NCBI GenBank assembly: GCA_977016875.1
Contig: CDRNST010000175.1
Coordinates: 1,054,001-1,118,000 of the forward strand
Reading direction: 5' to 3'
Length of the DNA: 64,000 bases
From: Pavona decussata
Taxonomy: Eukaryota
The position numbers and the translations under genes were made by a program. The notes beneath the pieces are model-generated. The model made no database searches and was not told the DNA's origin. It was given only the letters and a program-made list of their open reading frames with translations. Positions 60,250 through 64,000 of this stretch are shown piece after piece (position 1 is the stretch's first letter; the number at the start of each line of letters is the position of its first letter).

Positions 60250-61697
60250 CCATAACTAATCTTGCAACCATATTTTTCCTGAAGATGCTCTTGAATGCTT
60301 TTGTAAATTACTTTCTTCCCTCTGGTTCTAATTCCATCAAAAGTCAGCACTCCAGTTCTTCTCAATGCTTGGGTGTTCTTTTATAACACGACTTGTTCTT
60401 TTCTGTATCTTCTTTTTGAGAATGCAGTTGGATGTAATCATTTTTGCGGCTTCTCTCTTTGCCTTCTTTCTTATTGAAATTCTTGCTGATCTGATGTTTT
60501 TTGCCTTCGCTCAATAGCGATGTCACTTGTTCAAATCTTTCTGGACCTTGCACCTCACTATCAGACTCTGAAAATACCTCCTTCCCTTCAATCAAAAGCG
60601 ATTGAACTCTAAAAACGCTTGTCTTCACACTTCTACCAAACTCCCTTCTTGTTCACTCAGGTCAGAGTTACTTAAGTAATCAGTAAAATCTAACAAGACT
60701 TGGCTAAGAACTTCTGAACTGTAGCTCTTGAGGTACTGAGAAACCTCCTCGTAAAATGAAAACCAGTTGAGCTTGTTTTCTCTTAACCATGACAGCAAGG
60801 TCCCATTGCATGGAGCAGGATTCGCAGTAGCAGGAACATCTTTTGACAGGAAATCAGGATTAAACCTTATGTCGGTAGTAGTTGTTGAATCTGACTGTGA
60901 CTCATCTGTCAGTTTTGCACATTGATTCTTTTGCTGCACTGAGCTAACAATACTTCCTGTTTCAGAACTGGAGTTATGCTCCTCATCCGAGTCACTGTCA
61001 AGAACACTTTCCAGATCACTGTCACCTACAGTACTCTCCGATTCTGATTCAGAATCATCCTTAACACCCAGTGATTGCAGAAGCGCCGTTTCTTCCAATT
61101 TTGCCAGCTACATTATTTCATCCCGAACTTTTTGAGCATTGGTAATTGCTTCCCTCACTTTCTTCACTTTACAGGAATATTCCTCTATGCCATAAGTGTT
61201 CCTGGCTTGTTTCCCAGACGTACCCTAAGTACCGCTTGTATCAATGTTCTGTCTGATTCGGTTGATGCAAGCTCACATAAAGATTTAAGGGTCTGTTTAT
61301 CCAAGTTATGTTCAATGTTATCTTTCCCTGGCATTGTCTTTCCAATCTAGTGAATCAGCGTCTTGTAGTGCAATTCTGGCCTTAGTTCCGTAACATACAG
61401 ATTTCCCTGCTTGAAAATAACACAGGGTAATTGCAATAACCTTCTCACTGCTTTATCAGACTGATAGTTGGCCTCTGGAAATTGCCTTCTGTAAACCTCT
61501 GAAACTTTAACAATTCCTTCTTGAGCAATATGTGAAGCCATGTTTATAAGTAAAATACATTCTGAACAGTGTTCCCTGTGGTACCTTTTACAGTACTCAA
61601 ATCTGTAAGTGATATACTCTTCCAGAGACACAACATTCATTTGTGAAATGTACAGTCCACAGTCCTGACCTGGTACAATCCGCCCTTCAGCAAGCAC

Positions 61698-62428
61698 GTG
61701 AAGACCAACGTGGGAAAGAAATTCCTGAGCATTGTGAGGGATTCTTTCCCAAAGGGCCACCCGCTGAAGAAAATATTTAACAAAAACACGCTTAAGATAA
61801 GCTACTCGTGCATGCCGAACTTGCAAAGTAAAATAAGCGCGCACAACAAGAACATGCTTAAAAGCGATGAAACAACCACAACCAGAACATGTAATTGTAG
61901 GGTCAAGGCAAAATGCCCTTTAGCCGAAGAATGCTTGACAAAAAACGTCATCTATCAGGCTGTCATAACAACCCCCCAGGGGAAGGAATCTTACGTGGGT
62001 CTTACCGCGACTGAATTTAAGACTCGCTACCGAAACCACCTGTCGTCTTTCAAAGACCCGAAGAAAAAGAACGCAATGGAGCTGAGTAAGCATATCTGGC
62101 GCCTAAAAGAAAACAACATAGAATTTACCATCACGTGGGAAATAGTGGCACGGGCCAAGCCGTACTCAAACTCTAACAAAAAATGCAATCTTTGCACCAC
62201 TGAGAAGTACTTCATCCTGTGCGAGCCGCATCGCAGTTCCCTAAACAAAAGAAACGAGTTAACAAGCACATGCCGGCACGCCAATGCATACCTGTTAAAA
62301 CACGCATAAAACCCTCGCTATAGAAGACCAGATCTTGGCCATTCAACTCGCACCTGAAGAGAGAAGGCAACGCTTTTTCGAAACAGGCCTGTCGTGCCTC
62401 AGTTTTTCCTGAACATGGACTAATTACT

Positions 62429-62462
<34 letters not shown>
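61698..62462 (+). mobile_element. Penelope-like retroelement 3' part (GIY-YIG endonuclease) ending in (TA)n
   Basis: KTNVGKKFL...IFNKNTLKISYSCMPN...CNCR...CPL...VIYQA...YVGLTATEFKTRYRNH...ELSKHIW...CNLCTTEK...LNKRNE...CRH. Confidence 0.93.
62350..62397 (+). ncRNA. Minimal type I hammerhead ribozyme
   Basis: Stem I gcac/gtgc; core CTGAAGA; stem II gagaaggc-aac-gctttttc; GAAA; palindromic stem III acaggcctgt; GTC cleavage triplet (cut after 62393). Confidence 0.85.
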
Positions 62463-62467
<5 letters not shown>

Positions 62468-63192
62468 TATGTGATCTTTGATCTAGTAAAAATGTAAACC
62501 TCTGGTTGGTAATTCAATTACAATGTATATCAACATAAGTGAATGCACACGTGTTATTACTTTGTTCCCTGCATGATTGCATTTTCATTCTGCTACTAAG
62601 GAAATATTTCTTATGGCTGTAATTGTCAAGGAGTGGTACCCATATAACTGTTATCATTTACCACAGCTGGTCCTATTGTGATATCTCCAGTTGAAGTAAA
62701 AGCAATAGTGGCTTGGCGATTCTCCTTCACACCTGTAAAGTTCAAAATCAAATTTCTGTTACTATACATGAAGAAAAAAAGAAAAAAGTTATTAAATCTA
62801 CCACATGAAAACAACATGTAAACAGTAGTAATATATTACTTAGTACTATTTACTGTTTACTTCCTGTTACTATTTAATTATAAACACTGCAGACCATTGT
62901 TATGAATATGTAACCTGACACAAGACATGCAATTTGATACTGATATTCTAAAAATATCCACGGAAGTTGGACACTGAAAGCTTTTCGATTTATCTTTAGC
63001 AGCAAACATTTTTTAAAAGCTGTATTATTTTTCCAAATTTTTTTTAAAAGCTACGTTTAAAACTTTGACACCTTTGTTTTTATAATTTCCAAAAATTGTG
63101 TTGTGCTTTGTTTATGTCACTACATGTGATTCAAGAAACGCAATTATTGTTTTTGTTTACAGATGCCGTCTATCGATCTGCAGCTGTTGAAA

Positions 63193-64000
63193 ATGGCTTC
63201 CCCTCCGCGTTTTTGTAAAGTTTGTGAAGAAGACGTACAAAACGTTTTGCAAAGTGCCATTCCCGAAAAAAAACAAAGAAAGCTACAAAGTATGGAATAA
63301 AGATTTTTAAAGGTAAGTGCAGAACAATTTCCGAAATAAAATGCTTTATTTAAAACCAACAACAAATTATGCCTAAGCTTACTTAAGTTCGTAAGTAAAC
63401 AAAACAAAGTTGTGAAAGAAAAGTAACAATTGCGATCGTTGTTTTGTTTTAGACTGGTTTTCAACCCAAAAAGAAATACAACACCCATTAAACAACAAAC
63501 CAAAGCCGAATTAAACATGTGTTTGCAGAGGTTTTACACTGTATGTGTCAGTGAGACAAACGAATGGCGAACCGTTTAAAGTTTCTTCTCTTAAAGCCAT
63601 CTGAGCAGCCATTGATAGATATTTGAAGCAAGCACCTATTAACAAGCCGGGGGCCTATCGTCAGTGATTATGAATTTAAGCAGGCAAATGATATGCTAAA
63701 TGCAGTCTGTAAAAATCTGATGAAAGAGGGAAAGGTTGGCCAGTTGTTCATAAAACTCCCATCATAAGCGAGCAATTGCAAAAGCTTTTTGAAAGTGGTC
63801 AACTGGGAAATGCAGATACAAAAGATCCTAAACAATTACAGCAGACCGGGTGGTTTTAAACATACCTGTATTTGGGGAGCAGAGGAAGAGAAAACCAACG
63901 CAGTCTCACTCCAAGCTACTCCAAAGATGTTTATCCTCCGCCAAACACCCAAGGGTAGACGATATTTTGAGCTGCGAAGAGAGTTTCCGCCAGCAATTTT
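63193..64000 (+). pseudogene. Crypton-type tyrosine recombinase (DUF3504/ZMYM-like), intron-containing, runs off the window
   Basis: Exon 1 MASPPRF...AIPEK(T)KKATKYGIKIFK ends at a gtaag donor. Then AAIDRYLKQ, DYEFKQANDMLNAVCKNL, HKTPI, DPKQLQQTGWF and GSRGRENQRSL. Confidence 0.8.

Larger units (their letters stand above)
53562..61697 (-). pseudogene. Large Zator-like DDE transposase gene with two C-terminal ING-type PHD exons, split by a Gypsy element and a Penelope element
   Basis: RRTGVLTFDG...ISYG|TVVQLCV...RKGFSVKLNPDAH; DQDDQAGFRLDT; CVRVDGATDEG; GSYLNEVELTNG. PHD exons at 53894-54061 and 53562-53719 with GT-AG boundaries. Confidence 0.7.

Overview
AT-rich eukaryotic DNA with GT-AG spliceosomal introns. 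The transposon repertoire suggests a marine invertebrate, probably a cnidarian such as a stony coral (inference). There is no intact conventional host gene, rRNA, tRNA or CRISPR array. The window is a dense, nested graveyard of transposable elements. Retroelements: two near full-length Mag-like Ty3/Gypsy LTR elements with target-site duplications (TSDs) and primer-binding sites (PBS), one carrying a solo LTR inside its 5' LTR; L1/Tx1, L2 and CR1-type LINE fragments; and a Penelope-like GIY-YIG element with a hammerhead ribozyme. Decayed DNA-transposon genes: three MULE-like loci, an intron-rich RAG1/Transib-like transposase, a Kolobok-type transposase fused to a DEDDh exonuclease, an IS3EU-like integrase facing a HECT E3 ligase, a Zator-like transposase ending in two ING-type PHD fingers, and a Crypton-like tyrosine recombinase. 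There are also several MITEs and 55-bp, 84-bp and 515-bp tandem repeats. A recurring theme is transposon-linked chromatin, SUMO and ubiquitin domains (PHD, Ulp1, HECT, RING). All family assignments come from motif recognition by eye, not from database searches.
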